Source of the DNA: Methanofollis aquaemaris
GTDB taxonomy: Archaea > Halobacteriota > Methanomicrobia > Methanomicrobiales > Methanofollaceae
Length of the DNA stretch: 24,000 nucleotides
Direction of reading: 5' to 3'
Assembly (NCBI RefSeq): GCF_017357525.1
Contig: NZ_CP036172.1
Location: forward strand, 818,561 to 842,560
Positions 15,002 through 23,964 of the stretch are shown piece after piece (the first letter of the stretch is position 1; each line of letters starts with the position of its first letter). A program made the translations under genes and the position numbers. The notes under the pieces were generated by a model. That model had not been told where the DNA came from. It saw only the letters and a list, made by a program, of their open reading frames with translations, and made no database searches.

Positions 15002-16138
15002 ATGATCGAGTGGTATGAGCGCTGCGGATTGGTCCTCAACGGCCAGGTGGTAAAGACTCCGGTTGTCATTGCTTCGATGGCAGGGATAACCGACGCCGCC
15101 TATGTGCTGACCAGAAAAGAGCATATCGGCGCCGCGTTCATCGGCGGATACTCCATCGACGCAGAGACGATGGAGGCGAGCCGTGCGATGGCGGCGGCGG
15201 GCCGAGAAGAGTTCGTGTACGACGACCCCATCACCGAGTTGAAGGAGCAGATCAAGGCCCTGGAGGGGAGGGGAGTCCTGATCGGGCTGAACCTGCGGGG
15301 AAGCACGCCTGCTTCATACGCGGCGGTCGCTGAGGAGATCGGGGACGGCGTGGTCTATGAGATCGACGCCCATTGCCGCCAGCCCCAGATGACGGCGCTC
15401 GGGTGCGGCGAAGCCCTGCTGCACGAACCGCACCGGCTTGCAGAGACGGTCAGGGTGCTCAAGGCCCTGGACGTGACCGTCTCGGTGAAGATCCGTGCCG
15501 GGGTCGCGGACGACGACCGCCAACTTGCCCGTCTCCTCTGGAAGGCCGGGGCCGACATCCTCCATGTGGATCTGATGGACTTCGGCTATGCGAGGCTGCG
15601 CCAGATCAGGAATGCCTGCCCGCTGCCGCTCATCGCAAACAACTCGATCACCTCCTTCGACCGGGCGATGGACCTGTTCGCCCATGGGGCCGATATGGTC
15701 TCTCTCGCAAGACGCTCGGACGAGCGGACCCTGGCCGGGATCGATGCCGCCATCTGCCGGCGGGCCGATGAGACCGGGTGGTACAACGCACCCAAGCAAC
15801 TCTGCCGGGGCGGCGACATCAGGTCGCTCGCCTTCTGCTGTCTGCCGGTGAAGCACTGTCCGCTCCTCCCGTTCCTCGAAAAAGTCGGGCTCACCAGGGA
15901 GGAGTATATGGAGATAAAAACCAGAGCGGTCGCGGATACGCCCCTCGCCCAGGGGAAGATGACCTGCTTTGGAAGTATGGCCTGGTGCTGCAAGTCGAGT
16001 TCGCCGTGCATGCTGCGCGGGATCGCGGCGAAGGAGGGCGGGCTCAGCGATCAGGAGTACATGCGCCTGAAGCGTCAACTTGCCGACAAGATCATGGAGC
16101 GGATCTTTGATGGAATGCCGGAAGAAGACGCGAGTTGA
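15002..16138 (+). CDS. TIM-barrel flavoprotein-like protein (dihydrouridine synthase / dihydroorotate dehydrogenase-like) with a Cys-rich C-terminal domain
   Basis: The N-terminal VVIASMAGITDAAY and EIDAHCRQPQM resemble DUS-type motifs. The C-terminal ~110 aa contain 9 Cys (CRGGD...FCCLPVKHCP...MTCFGSMAWCCKSSSPCM). GGAGGAAGC lies directly before the ATG. Confidence 0.6.
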   Translation: MIEWYERCGLVLNGQVVKTPVVIASMAGITDAAYVLTRKEHIGAAFIGGYSIDAETMEASRAMAAAGREEFVYDDPITELKEQIKALEGRGVLIGLNLRGSTPASYAAVAEEIGDGVVYEIDAHCRQPQMTALGCGEALLHEPHRLAETVRVLKALDVTVSVKIRAGVADDDRQLARLLWKAGADILHVDLMDFGYARLRQIRNACPLPLIANNSITSFDRAMDLFAHGADMVSLARRSDERTLAGIDAAICRRADETGWYNAPKQLCRGGDIRSLAFCCLPVKHCPLLPFLEKVGLTREEYMEIKTRAVADTPLAQGKMTCFGSMAWCCKSSSPCMLRGIAAKEGGLSDQEYMRLKRQLADKIMERIFDGMPEEDAS

Positions 16139-16931
16139 GAACGCCCAACTCGCGATGGCCCTGGAGGTCTCAGCCTCCCCGAAGCCGGGGAACGTGGACC
16201 GCGGGCACGACTATCCCGATACCCGCCTGGAGCACTTCCTGGCCTCGGCGGTCTTTGCCGGCCGGGCTCTCGATCTTGCCGAGGAGGGGAAGACCGGGAT
16301 CGGCGAGGTGATCCTGGAGGCGGTGAAGGACACCAACTGCCATGCCGGCGGGAACACGCACTTCGGGGCATTCATCCTCCTCGTTCCGCTGGTGCATGGC
16401 GGCGGGGTCGACGGGGCCATGCGGGCGGTCCAGGAGACGACGGTCGAGGACGCGGTGGCCTTCTACCGGGCCTTCGGGGCGACGCAGGTGCGGGTGCTCG
16501 AGACGGACGACCTGGACGTGAACGACCCCGCGGCCCTCGATACCCTGCGCAAGCAGGGGATGACGCTCTACGATGTGATGGCCTACTCGGCGCCGCGGGA
16601 CATGGTGGCGCGGGAGTGGACGAACGGGTTCGCCCTCTCACAGGAGACAAAGGATCTCCTCTTCGCCCACGGCAGCGGGAAGGAGGCGATCGTGCAGGCC
16701 TTCCTCGACCTCCTCGCCGCCCACCCGGACACCTTTGTCGCGAAGAAACTGGGTGCCGACGCGGCCCGCCGGACGATGGAGCGGGCCGGCGAGGTGAAGG
16801 CCGGGGAGATCTCGCTGGAGGTCTTCGACGAGGAGTGTCTGGCCGCCGGGGTGAACCCGGGTTCGCTGGCAGACATCATGATCGCGGGGATCTATCTCGC
16901 GCTCAGCGAGGGGTGGAGATGGGATTCCTGA
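16110..16931 (+). CDS. Triphosphoribosyl-dephospho-CoA synthase (CitG)-like protein
   Basis: CitG-family-like blocks are present (ALEVSASPKPGNVDR, GGNTHFGAFILLVPL). The start is uncertain: ATG 16110 overlaps the upstream gene by 29 nt; ATG 16155 or TTG 16080 are alternatives. Confidence 0.65.
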   Translation: MECRKKTRVENAQLAMALEVSASPKPGNVDRGHDYPDTRLEHFLASAVFAGRALDLAEEGKTGIGEVILEAVKDTNCHAGGNTHFGAFILLVPLVHGGGVDGAMRAVQETTVEDAVAFYRAFGATQVRVLETDDLDVNDPAALDTLRKQGMTLYDVMAYSAPRDMVAREWTNGFALSQETKDLLFAHGSGKEAIVQAFLDLLAAHPDTFVAKKLGADAARRTMERAGEVKAGEISLEVFDEECLAAGVNPGSLADIMIAGIYLALSEGWRWDS

Positions 16932-17488
16932 GAGAGGGGATCAACGAGGTGGTCGCGACGACCCGCGGCAATGCCGCACCGATGGGGATCATCTGCCGCA
17001 ACGGTGCTCTTTCGATGGTCCTCTTCAGGGGTTCCCACACCGAGGCAAATATCAGGCGGGACGGATGGGTGGTGGCAAACTTCACCGCCGACCCGGTGGT
17101 CTGGGTGCGGACGGCCTTCGAGGATCTGCCGCAAGAAGATCTGGTCGCCGAGGAGGTGGCGAGCCGGCGGGTCGAGCGTCTCTGCACCTGCGAGGCCTGG
17201 GCGGCGTTTGCCGCGGAGGTGAAGCACGAGACCGCCGAGAAGAGCCTGATCGCCCTCACTCCGCTGGCCGAGCCCGCCGTTCTGAAAGAAGGAGTCTGCC
17301 CGGTGAACCGCGGGTTTGCCGGGATCATCGAGGCGACGGTGCATGCCACCCGGTACGTCCGGAGCCGCGATCCTCATCTCAGGGCCCTCATCGACCATCA
17401 CCTCGCGCTGGTGCAGCGGTGCGGTGGGCCGCGGGAGTGGGAGGCGGCACGGGTGCTGGAAGGGTTCATCTCTGAGGATAAGGAGTGA
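16919..17488 (+). CDS. DUF447-family protein (FMN-binding split-barrel-like)
   Basis: Starts MGFLREGINEVVATTRGNAAPMGI..., typical of DUF447. ATG 16919 overlaps the CitG-like stop by 13 nt. The upstream 101 codons in the track are Arg/Gly/Pro-rich overlap and were rejected. Confidence 0.65.
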   Translation: MGFLREGINEVVATTRGNAAPMGIICRNGALSMVLFRGSHTEANIRRDGWVVANFTADPVVWVRTAFEDLPQEDLVAEEVASRRVERLCTCEAWAAFAAEVKHETAEKSLIALTPLAEPAVLKEGVCPVNRGFAGIIEATVHATRYVRSRDPHLRALIDHHLALVQRCGGPREWEAARVLEGFISEDKE

Positions 17489-17491
17489 GGA

Positions 17492-17764
17492 TCACGGGAA
17501 TACGAAATAGATCTCTTCTCTGAATTTTACGCGGTAGAAGATCAGAGTACCTGAACTGGTGAGTCTGCATCCAATCCTATATCGTCCCACCCGTATCCGG
17601 TAGAAATCCGAATGCCCTTTCATCTTTTTAAAATCAAAATCAGTGTAGAGATCGTTGGAGTCCGGTATAGCAGAAAATACCAGTTCTTCGATATTTTCTC
17701 TGAGGGGAATCGGCACCTTTGTGAGATCTTTTAAAAATGTCTTTTTATAGAGGCATTCAACCAT
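17492..17764 (-). CDS. RelE/ParE-family type II toxin
   Basis: The 90-aa product contains FLKDLTKVP...KKMKGHSDFYRIRVGRYRIGCRL...IFYRVKFREEIY, matching the RelE pattern (YRiRvGdYRi...v.hRkeiY). The region is clearly low-GC. Confidence 0.8.
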   Translation of the reverse strand: MVECLYKKTFLKDLTKVPIPLRENIEELVFSAIPDSNDLYTDFDFKKMKGHSDFYRIRVGRYRIGCRLTSSGTLIFYRVKFREEIYFVFP

Positions 17765-17765
17765 T

Positions 17766-17969
17766 TCAAACCGATTCCTTCATTTTTTTATAATATTCCC
17801 GCGCCTCTGCACGGCCGAGGGGTTCTTCATCATCTGCCTCCTCGATGTAGTGTGAGAGGCCGTAGTCCTCGATGATGGACTCGATCCGTTCAAAGGTAGA
17901 GATGTCGATGATGACGCCGACCGGGGTATTGTCTTCGGACATCACATACTGACGTTTAATATCAAGCAT
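17766..17969 (-). CDS. Cognate antitoxin (Phd/YefM- or RelB-like)
   Basis: A 67-aa product (MLDIKRQYVMSEDNTPVGVIIDISTFERIESIIED...) with an acidic C-terminus. Its stop is 1 nt from the toxin ATG. ATG 17969 is preceded by GGGGAGAA. Confidence 0.7.
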   Translation of the reverse strand: MLDIKRQYVMSEDNTPVGVIIDISTFERIESIIEDYGLSHYIEEADDEEPLGRAEAREYYKKMKESV

Positions 17970-18025
17970 AGATTCTCCCCGATACACTCTTTCGCGTCTG
18001 TTGATATAAATGATGATCAACCGGA

Positions 18026-18196
18026 TCACAAGTCAGTCGTCAATGACATCGGCCAAGTTTTTCGGCACTCTTCCAGTGTCACACCGGTGGCCCTACCACC
18101 CGGCAGATCCAAGATCTTCCTATAGTAGGGTTTGTCACCCTTGATGATCTCATAGTGGGCTTGCTGCAATGCCACCTCGATGTATTCGATGATCAT
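18026..18196 (-). pseudogene. HicB-like antitoxin N-terminal fragment, apparently frameshifted or truncated
   Basis: The hand-translated 56-aa ORF is MIIEYIEVALQQAHYEIIKGDKPYYRKILDLPGGRATGVTLEECRKTWPMSLTTDL. Up to LEECRK it fits the HicB N-domain pattern. The expected continuation (KNLADVIDD) is readable in another frame, and no HicA partner is adjacent. Confidence 0.35.
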
Positions 18197-18302
18197 CTCC
18201 ACTCAAGAAGGACAATGGATCCCAAAGGAGGAGAAGACTTTGCCATGCCCGAGTGTATTCCATGCTACGGGTATGGCAGGATACTGTGGGGGACGTTCCC
18301 CT

Positions 18303-20150
18303 CTACAACGGGAAGACCGCGTACTGCATGTACCAGATATACTGCACCACCGGGATCCAGAAATGGTAGCCTTCCCAGCAGAGGGTGGCAAAGCGGAAGT
18401 CCGCCACCAACCACCATGCAAGGGAGAAGAGCATCAGGACGGGGAGCAGGGTGGCAAGCGCCATGGGCCGCACCCTCCCTGCGGCCGTCAGGAGATAGAG
18501 GGCCGCGGCTGCGGCGAGGAAGAGGTAGGTGAGGGGCATGAGAAATACCAGTTCTCCGCTCATCTGCGTCCCTGAGTGGATCTGGAGGACGACATAGATG
18601 AGCGGAAGGTCGATGACGATCAGCCAGAAGAGGGTCTGCAGGGAGCGTGTGATCTCGTTCTCGCCAAACCCGATGTACCGGAGGGCATAGGTACCGAGCA
18701 CGATCATCGGGAGATAGATGGGACTGAGATAGCGCATGTCGGGGACGATCCCCGGACTCCCCGACATCCCGGAGACAGACCTGAGATAAGCAGCCAGGAC
18801 GATGAGGGCGGTGAGGGCAAAGAAGGTGATGAACCGGGCGTCACGGGCCGTCGCCGTCAGGGAGAGGCGCCCTGATGTACGGAGGCGGCGGGCGAGCGGG
18901 ACGACGAGGAGGAGGGCGAAGAAGGAGAACGAGGAGACCTGAAAGATCCCGGCCGAACCGGGGAAGGAGGGATCGAAGAAGGTTCCATAGCACCCTGAGA
19001 TGAGGTCGCCGCTCGGGAGGGCGTACTGTCTGGTCACCGTCGCCTGGAGGGTGCCGGCCGCGGATGAGAGTCCTCTCGGGACGGCGGCGCCAGAACACCC
19101 CGCCTGCCAGGGGAGGAGGAGGGGGTGACCGGTGAGGGCGAGATTGTTCACAAAGAGCGGGAGTGCTCCGAGTGCGACGCCGGATACGGTCAGGACGATC
19201 GTCCCGCACTCGCGCCACCCTTTCCGGGCCGCGAGGACGAGGAGGAGAGCGAAGAGCAGAAAACCTGCAAGGAGCGATGGGCCGAGTTCCGGCCTGGCCC
19301 ATGCCGTCCACCCGACGGCGATGAAGGAGGCGAAGAGCCAGAGGGGGCGGTCGCGGGAGAGATAGAGGGTGAAGAGGTAGACTGCAAGCGTAAAGAAGAG
19401 CATCACCAGCATGTGGTCCTTGGCATTCCCCGACCAGAAGAGATAGAACGACGAGGTGAGCGTCGCGACAAGGCCAAAGATTCCCCAGCGGACCGGGCCA
19501 AAGACCTCCCGGAAGAGATGATAGACAAGGAGGGCAAAGAGGGCCAGGGCGACGGTGTTGGTGAAGACGATGGCTGCGACCTCAGGATAGACGCTGACGT
19601 CTCCGGGATGCACCCCGCGTACAAACCAGAAGGGGCGGTAGAGGGCCATGTTGAGGACAAAGAGAATGCCCCAGGAGATGATGGCGGCATAGGTCCAGGA
19701 GATGATGGCGGCATAGGTCCAGGGGACGCCGCGCCAGCGTGCGTATTTGGGGAACCACCACTCGATCATGAGGATGACGGCAAGGAGGAGTGCCGACCAG
19801 AGGATGAGGACGAAGAGGCGGAAGGAGTCATCGAAGAGAGAGAAGAGATAATATGCCGGGAGGGAGAGGGTCGGGAGCGCCAGGGTGTAGCAGAGGCAGT
19901 CGTGGTGAGAGGCGGCATAGGCCGAGGAGCCATAGGGGTGGTAGCCGTACAGAAGATCCTCGCCTTCGACCAGGTGGTTCACCTGGTCCGCGGAAATCCA
20001 TTCGTCGGTGATGAAGATGGCGGGATATGAGATGGTGAGGGCGATGAGAAAGGAGAGAAGGACGATCATGAGGTTTGATTGTATGGCGGACGGGTGGGAG
20101 GGTTCATCCGCCTGATCTCTTCTCATCGGGGCAGGTGTCCTCTCCGTCAT
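18303..20150 (-). CDS. Polytopic membrane protein, possibly a GT-C-fold glycosyltransferase (ArnT/PMT-like)
   Basis: 615 aa with many predicted TM segments. An acidic DE motif (FITDEWISADQ) follows the first TM, as in GT-C enzymes. There is no firm family match by eye. Confidence 0.5.
   Translation of the reverse strand: MTERTPAPMRRDQADEPSHPSAIQSNLMIVLLSFLIALTISYPAIFITDEWISADQVNHLVEGEDLLYGYHPYGSSAYAASHHDCLCYTLALPTLSLPAYYLFSLFDDSFRLFVLILWSALLLAVILMIEWWFPKYARWRGVPWTYAAIISWTYAAIISWGILFVLNMALYRPFWFVRGVHPGDVSVYPEVAAIVFTNTVALALFALLVYHLFREVFGPVRWGIFGLVATLTSSFYLFWSGNAKDHMLVMLFFTLAVYLFTLYLSRDRPLWLFASFIAVGWTAWARPELGPSLLAGFLLFALLLVLAARKGWRECGTIVLTVSGVALGALPLFVNNLALTGHPLLLPWQAGCSGAAVPRGLSSAAGTLQATVTRQYALPSGDLISGCYGTFFDPSFPGSAGIFQVSSFSFFALLLVVPLARRLRTSGRLSLTATARDARFITFFALTALIVLAAYLRSVSGMSGSPGIVPDMRYLSPIYLPMIVLGTYALRYIGFGENEITRSLQTLFWLIVIDLPLIYVVLQIHSGTQMSGELVFLMPLTYLFLAAAAALYLLTAAGRVRPMALATLLPVLMLFSLAWWLVADFRFATLCWEGYHFWIPVVQYIWYMQYAVFPL
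19671..19718. repeat. Perfect 24-bp tandem duplication (2 units) inside the 18303..20150 CDS
   Basis: ccaggagatgatggcggcataggt occurs at 19671-19694 and again at 19695-19718. This gives WTYAAIIS-WTYAAIIS in the protein, in frame. Confidence 0.95.
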
Positions 20151-20407
20151 CTTATCTTCCCTTTTTTCAAAGGGAGCGCAGGAGAGAACATGATAGTATA
20201 TGCCCTCAGAATTTCATTTTCCACCATAGACACGCGATCACACCTGTTCTGATTATATTTTCATCATCAATATGATATATACTCGTTTTGATATTCGTCT
20301 GCCCTCGGTTTGTGAGACCGACCCCGTGAAGAGACGGGTAAGTGTGTCCACTCCTTCACTCTCTTCACAACAGGGCAGCGAGCAGGAACACAACACCCCG
20401 CCGCCTC

Positions 20408-20460
20408 CCGGTTCTCTTCATCGTGGGGGGTTCCCCCCGGCTGAGAGAGCAGATGAGAAT
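20408..20460. repeat. Third copy of the G/C-palindromic intergenic element seen at 8336-8498
   Basis: ccggttctcttcatcgtggggggttccccccggctgagagagcagatgagaat aligns with the reverse complement of 8436-8500 (cccctatcttcgtcgtggggggt[ccggggggt]ctccccccggcgcgagagagcaggataaag), apart from a 9-nt indel. Confidence 0.65.
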
Positions 20461-20649
20461 ACCTTCTCCTTCTAACAGGGCGGCACGTCTGGTTCCACGG
20501 CGTTCTTTTCACGAGAGGATACTGGATCGTTTTCCACAACCAGAGATCTCTAGCGACCTTTTGTTCTTGACGCGCCACTACGAAGCGATCAAAAAACGGA
20601 ACCCGACTTCACCAATCGGGTTGCGGAAAAGAAATGTCCGGGGTCCGGT

Positions 20650-21285
20650 TCACACAGTCCGGTCCGGTTCAACAGACTGATCAATCGGGGAGAGAGCATC
20701 TTCACCGGATTCGGATGGATCGGAGGTGCCCTCCTGATCATCGTCCTCATCCGGATATTCTTCTTCACAGAATTCCTCCTCTTCCACCTCGGCATGATAT
20801 GTCAGCCATGCAACCCCGAGGATCAGGGGCACTCCAACCGGAACCGAAAAGCCCGCGGGGCCGTGGAAGAGCAGGCCGTACTGGGCGATGACCGAGGCGA
20901 GGTATGCAACCCCCGCACCCGCGATGAGGAGGGAGACGAGTTTTCTGATCGATGCATAGTCCTCGTACCACATGCAAACGAAGTACCCGATCGCGGCGAT
21001 CAGGAGGAGCGTGCCGCAGAGCCATAAAAGGACTGAGAGGGCACTCCTCCCACCGAGGATGCCGGATGAGACATACTCGATGTCGCGCACGAGGGTGATG
21101 ATGTTCGTCCCGAGATAGGTCTGCTGATACCGCAGGAGTGGGAACTGGAGGCCTGCACCCAGACCACCTCCGATGAGGTAGATGTTTGCAGGCAGGACAA
21201 GGGTAAGGGCGAGAAGGGCGGAGAGGATGGATCTTTTGATCCTGTACATCACGGCATCTCCGCCCGGCATGATAATGGGTTCCAT
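20650..21285 (-). CDS. Membrane protein of unknown function with a highly acidic C-terminal tail
   Basis: Several TM segments are followed by HAEVEEEEFCEEEYPDEDDDQEGTSDPSESGED. The start is ambiguous (ATG 21285, 21270 or 21249; the track start at 21303 is TTG). Confidence 0.6.
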   Translation of the reverse strand: MEPIIMPGGDAVMYRIKRSILSALLALTLVLPANIYLIGGGLGAGLQFPLLRYQQTYLGTNIITLVRDIEYVSSGILGGRSALSVLLWLCGTLLLIAAIGYFVCMWYEDYASIRKLVSLLIAGAGVAYLASVIAQYGLLFHGPAGFSVPVGVPLILGVAWLTYHAEVEEEEFCEEEYPDEDDDQEGTSDPSESGEDALSPIDQSVEPDRTV

Positions 21286-21353
21286 AGATCGTTCACTGAG
21301 CAATCACCAGATATTTTCTGTCATGAGGGGAGGAAAAATATCCCTTTCTCCGG

Positions 21354-21746
21354 TCAGGTCACAGCATCAAGAATGACCTGCGACGATCCGTCTTTGTAGG
21401 TCGCCATGACCATCACCCGATGCCCTCCCCGGGGATCGGCGACCGGAGTGGCATTGAATGCGGATGCTCCGACCTCATGATCGAGCCGGTTGGTCTGCTC
21501 GATCCCGTCGATCGTCCAGTTCAGGTGATCGACATCCCGCTCCCCCATGCCGCCGACATAGGTAACGGTGATCGTGCCGTCTTCAAACTGCGTTGCCGTC
21601 GCCCCGACGATCCCGTTTCCCTGAAGATCTCCGGTGGTGCCAAAACCGAAGGAGGCAACGATGGCGGCAAGGATCACCGTGACGGCGACCATGAGGATAG
21701 CGGCGATGGTCGAGGAGACCGCGTCGTCATGTGCGGACTGAACCAT
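21354..21746 (-). CDS. Archaeal type IV pilin-like protein (DUF1628 / class III signal peptide)
   Basis: The N-terminus DDAVSSTIAAILMVAVTVILAAIVASF is the archaeal pilin N-terminal domain pattern. GGTGGAG lies before the ATG. Confidence 0.8.
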   Translation of the reverse strand: MVQSAHDDAVSSTIAAILMVAVTVILAAIVASFGFGTTGDLQGNGIVGATATQFEDGTITVTYVGGMGERDVDHLNWTIDGIEQTNRLDHEVGASAFNATPVADPRGGHRVMVMATYKDGSSQVILDAVT

Positions 21747-21784
21747 AGGTCTCCACCCCCATAAAGAAAAAAAAGGGAAGGGGT

Positions 21785-22192
21785 TCAGACGAAGGTGTCC
21801 AGGACAACCTGCGTTGTACCGTCGTTAAACAGTGCTGCAGCAACCACATGTTCCTTTGCGGAGGTGCCAAGACCAGTGAATGTGGTTGAATTCCCAACTT
21901 TAGGTGTTTGCCAGTTCTCGGTGTGCTTTGTGTTTGAAGAATCAGTGACAGTTATGTTGAGCCACAGCATGTCGCCTGCGTCCGGACCGCCCTGATAGGT
22001 GACCATAATATCCTGACCCTGCTGGGTCGCAGTGGCGGCGACACTCTTAGTGCCAGACATGTTGCCGGCCATACCGAAAACAAACGCGGCGATGACGGCC
22101 GCGAGGATCACCGTGATGGCGACCATGAGGATGACGCCGATAACCGGCGACACAGCCTCGTCATTCTTCTCAAACTTCTCAAACAGTTTCAT
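21785..22192 (-). CDS. Archaeal type IV pilin-like protein (DUF1628 / class III signal peptide)
   Basis: From ATG 22192 the product starts MKLFEKFEKNDEAVSPVIGVILMVAITVILAAVIAAFVFG, a canonical DUF1628 N-terminus. The upstream 25 codons in the track were rejected. Confidence 0.8.
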   Translation of the reverse strand: MKLFEKFEKNDEAVSPVIGVILMVAITVILAAVIAAFVFGMAGNMSGTKSVAATATQQGQDIMVTYQGGPDAGDMLWLNITVTDSSNTKHTENWQTPKVGNSTTFTGLGTSAKEHVVAAALFNDGTTQVVLDTFV

Positions 22193-22624
22193 CGGTTTCA
22201 CCACCCTACCCGTACAGGTAGGATAGTATATGCTCTCATGGCACAGTATATCAAGATTTTGATCCAATCGACCTTAGATCCGGAGATTGTTATATATATA
22301 TTTTGATTTGAGTTTTTTAAAACGCAACTCCGGGCCAGAAAATCCCGAATTTATGCACGGATGACGCACCACCTCCCGCACCCGCCCCTGCGCCCCCATT
22401 CTGAAGGAGTAATTCCCTGAAAAAGCGATGAAATATTCCTCTCTTCATATGGATTCATATACATTACACCAGACTCTCAGGTCCAGGATTATCCCGATGT
22501 CCGGGCCATAAAATAGCGCCAGATAATAATATATCTAAGTTCCGCAAGATCATGAGTGCCACTTATCCGGTAAACTCCAAAAAATAAATATTATGGAGAG
22601 CACCCTACAAATCAGTCCGATATC

Positions 22625-23428
22625 TCATCCCGACCATTCTTCCCCCATACCGCACCGCCACAGGGGGTTCACCGACCGCCTCCCTGCAAGGTCGGGGACG
22701 GCATGGACGATGGCACCGTCGATGAAGCCCTTCGTCTCGACGAAGGCCTCCCGCACCGACATCCCGCGGGCAAGGCTGGCGGCAAGTGCCGCGGAGAAGC
22801 AGCACCCCGTGCCATGGACGGCGTACGGATGGCGCTGACCGGTGAGGAGCACCTCGCCGTCCCGGTCCATCAGGAGGTCGGCCGGTTCGCCGGGGAGGTG
22901 GCCACCCTTCACCACCACCGCACCGGCCCCCATCGCAAGGAGCGACCGGCCCGCCTCCCGCATCGTTTCGGGGCCGTCGATCTCCACACCGGTGAGCACC
23001 GCCGCCTCGGGGAGGTTCGGGGTCACCACCGCAGCCCCGGGGATGAGTTCACCAAGAAGCACCTCGACCGCGTCCTCAGAGAGAAGACGGGTGCCCGAGG
23101 TCGCCACCATCACCGGGTCGACGACCACGGGCACGCCGGCAGGCAGGGAGGCGGCCACCGCCCTGATCCCCGATGCATCCGCGAGCATCCCGGTCTTGAA
23201 GGCTCCCACCCTGAAGCCCGCCGTGACCGCCTCTATCTGGACGGCCACCGCCTCGGGTGGGAGGGGCCATGAGCCCCGCACCCCGCCGGGGTTCTGGGCA
23301 GTCACCGCCGTGATCGTCGACGTCCCCCAGACGCCGAAGGCTGCGAAGGTCGCCAGGTCGGCCTGGATTCCGGCCCCACCGCCAGAGTCGGAGCCTGCGA
23401 TCGTGCATGCGCAGAAAGGAGTATCCAT
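22625..23428 (-). CDS. thiD: Hydroxymethylpyrimidine/phosphomethylpyrimidine kinase
   Basis: Contains [37 protein letters not shown] and [13 protein letters not shown], the canonical ThiD/PfkB-family blocks. Confidence 0.9.
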   Translation of the reverse strand: MDTPFCACTIAGSDSGGGAGIQADLATFAAFGVWGTSTITAVTAQNPGGVRGSWPLPPEAVAVQIEAVTAGFRVGAFKTGMLADASGIRAVAASLPAGVPVVVDPVMVATSGTRLLSEDAVEVLLGELIPGAAVVTPNLPEAAVLTGVEIDGPETMREAGRSLLAMGAGAVVVKGGHLPGEPADLLMDRDGEVLLTGQRHPYAVHGTGCCFSAALAASLARGMSVREAFVETKGFIDGAIVHAVPDLAGRRSVNPLWRCGMGEEWSG

Positions 23429-23470
23429 CAGAGATCATGGGAGCCGCATCCCTCGAATACCTTCCCACCC

Positions 23471-23731
23471 TCAGGAGGAGACCGGCACCGCCTCACGGAC
23501 AAGGAGAAGAAACCGATCCTTCGGAAGGTTCGCCTGCTGGAGCACCGAGAGGAGTGTCCCCACCGGCAGGTCGCCGCGGCGCGGCACGATCACCAGGAGG
23601 CGGCGACCGGTCTCGTCGACGCGACTGAGGGCGACCTGGCTTCCTCTGCTCCGTTTCGGTGCGAAATCGAACCCAGCCCTCTTCAGACCCCTGATGACCT
23701 GGTCGGAAGAGAGCACATGAAGCCGCGTCAT
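23471..23731 (-). CDS. hicA: HicA-family type II toxin (YcfA-like)
   Basis: [17 protein letters not shown]...GSQVAL......[23 protein letters not shown] fits the HicA pattern. The ATG overlaps the upstream hicB stop (ATGA). Confidence 0.7.
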   Translation of the reverse strand: MTRLHVLSSDQVIRGLKRAGFDFAPKRSRGSQVALSRVDETGRRLLVIVPRRGDLPVGTLLSVLQQANLPKDRFLLLVREAVPVSS

Positions 23732-23964
23732 TCCGACACCTCGAAGGTCGTCGTGAACTTTCGCGGCGAACGGAGGGCCGGGACAATGTCATCGGTCAGG
23801 CCGAGCACCTTTGCGTTCTCCAGATAGAGTTCCGCCGCTTCCCTGAGATGGGCAAGGGCGCGGTCGGGCGTCTCGCCGCAGCTCGCAACCCCGATCTCAG
23901 GGCACTTCGAGACATAGATCCCGCCCTCCTCCCAGAGGGCCGCGGTCAGGGTGTATCTCCTCAT
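23728..23964 (-). CDS. hicB: HicB-family antitoxin
   Basis: The 78-aa product contains ...EEGGIYVSKCPEIGVASCGETPDRALAHLREAAELYLE, the HicB N-domain pattern. It is translationally coupled to hicA. Confidence 0.7.
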   Translation of the reverse strand: MRRYTLTAALWEEGGIYVSKCPEIGVASCGETPDRALAHLREAAELYLENAKVLGLTDDIVPALRSPRKFTTTFEVSE

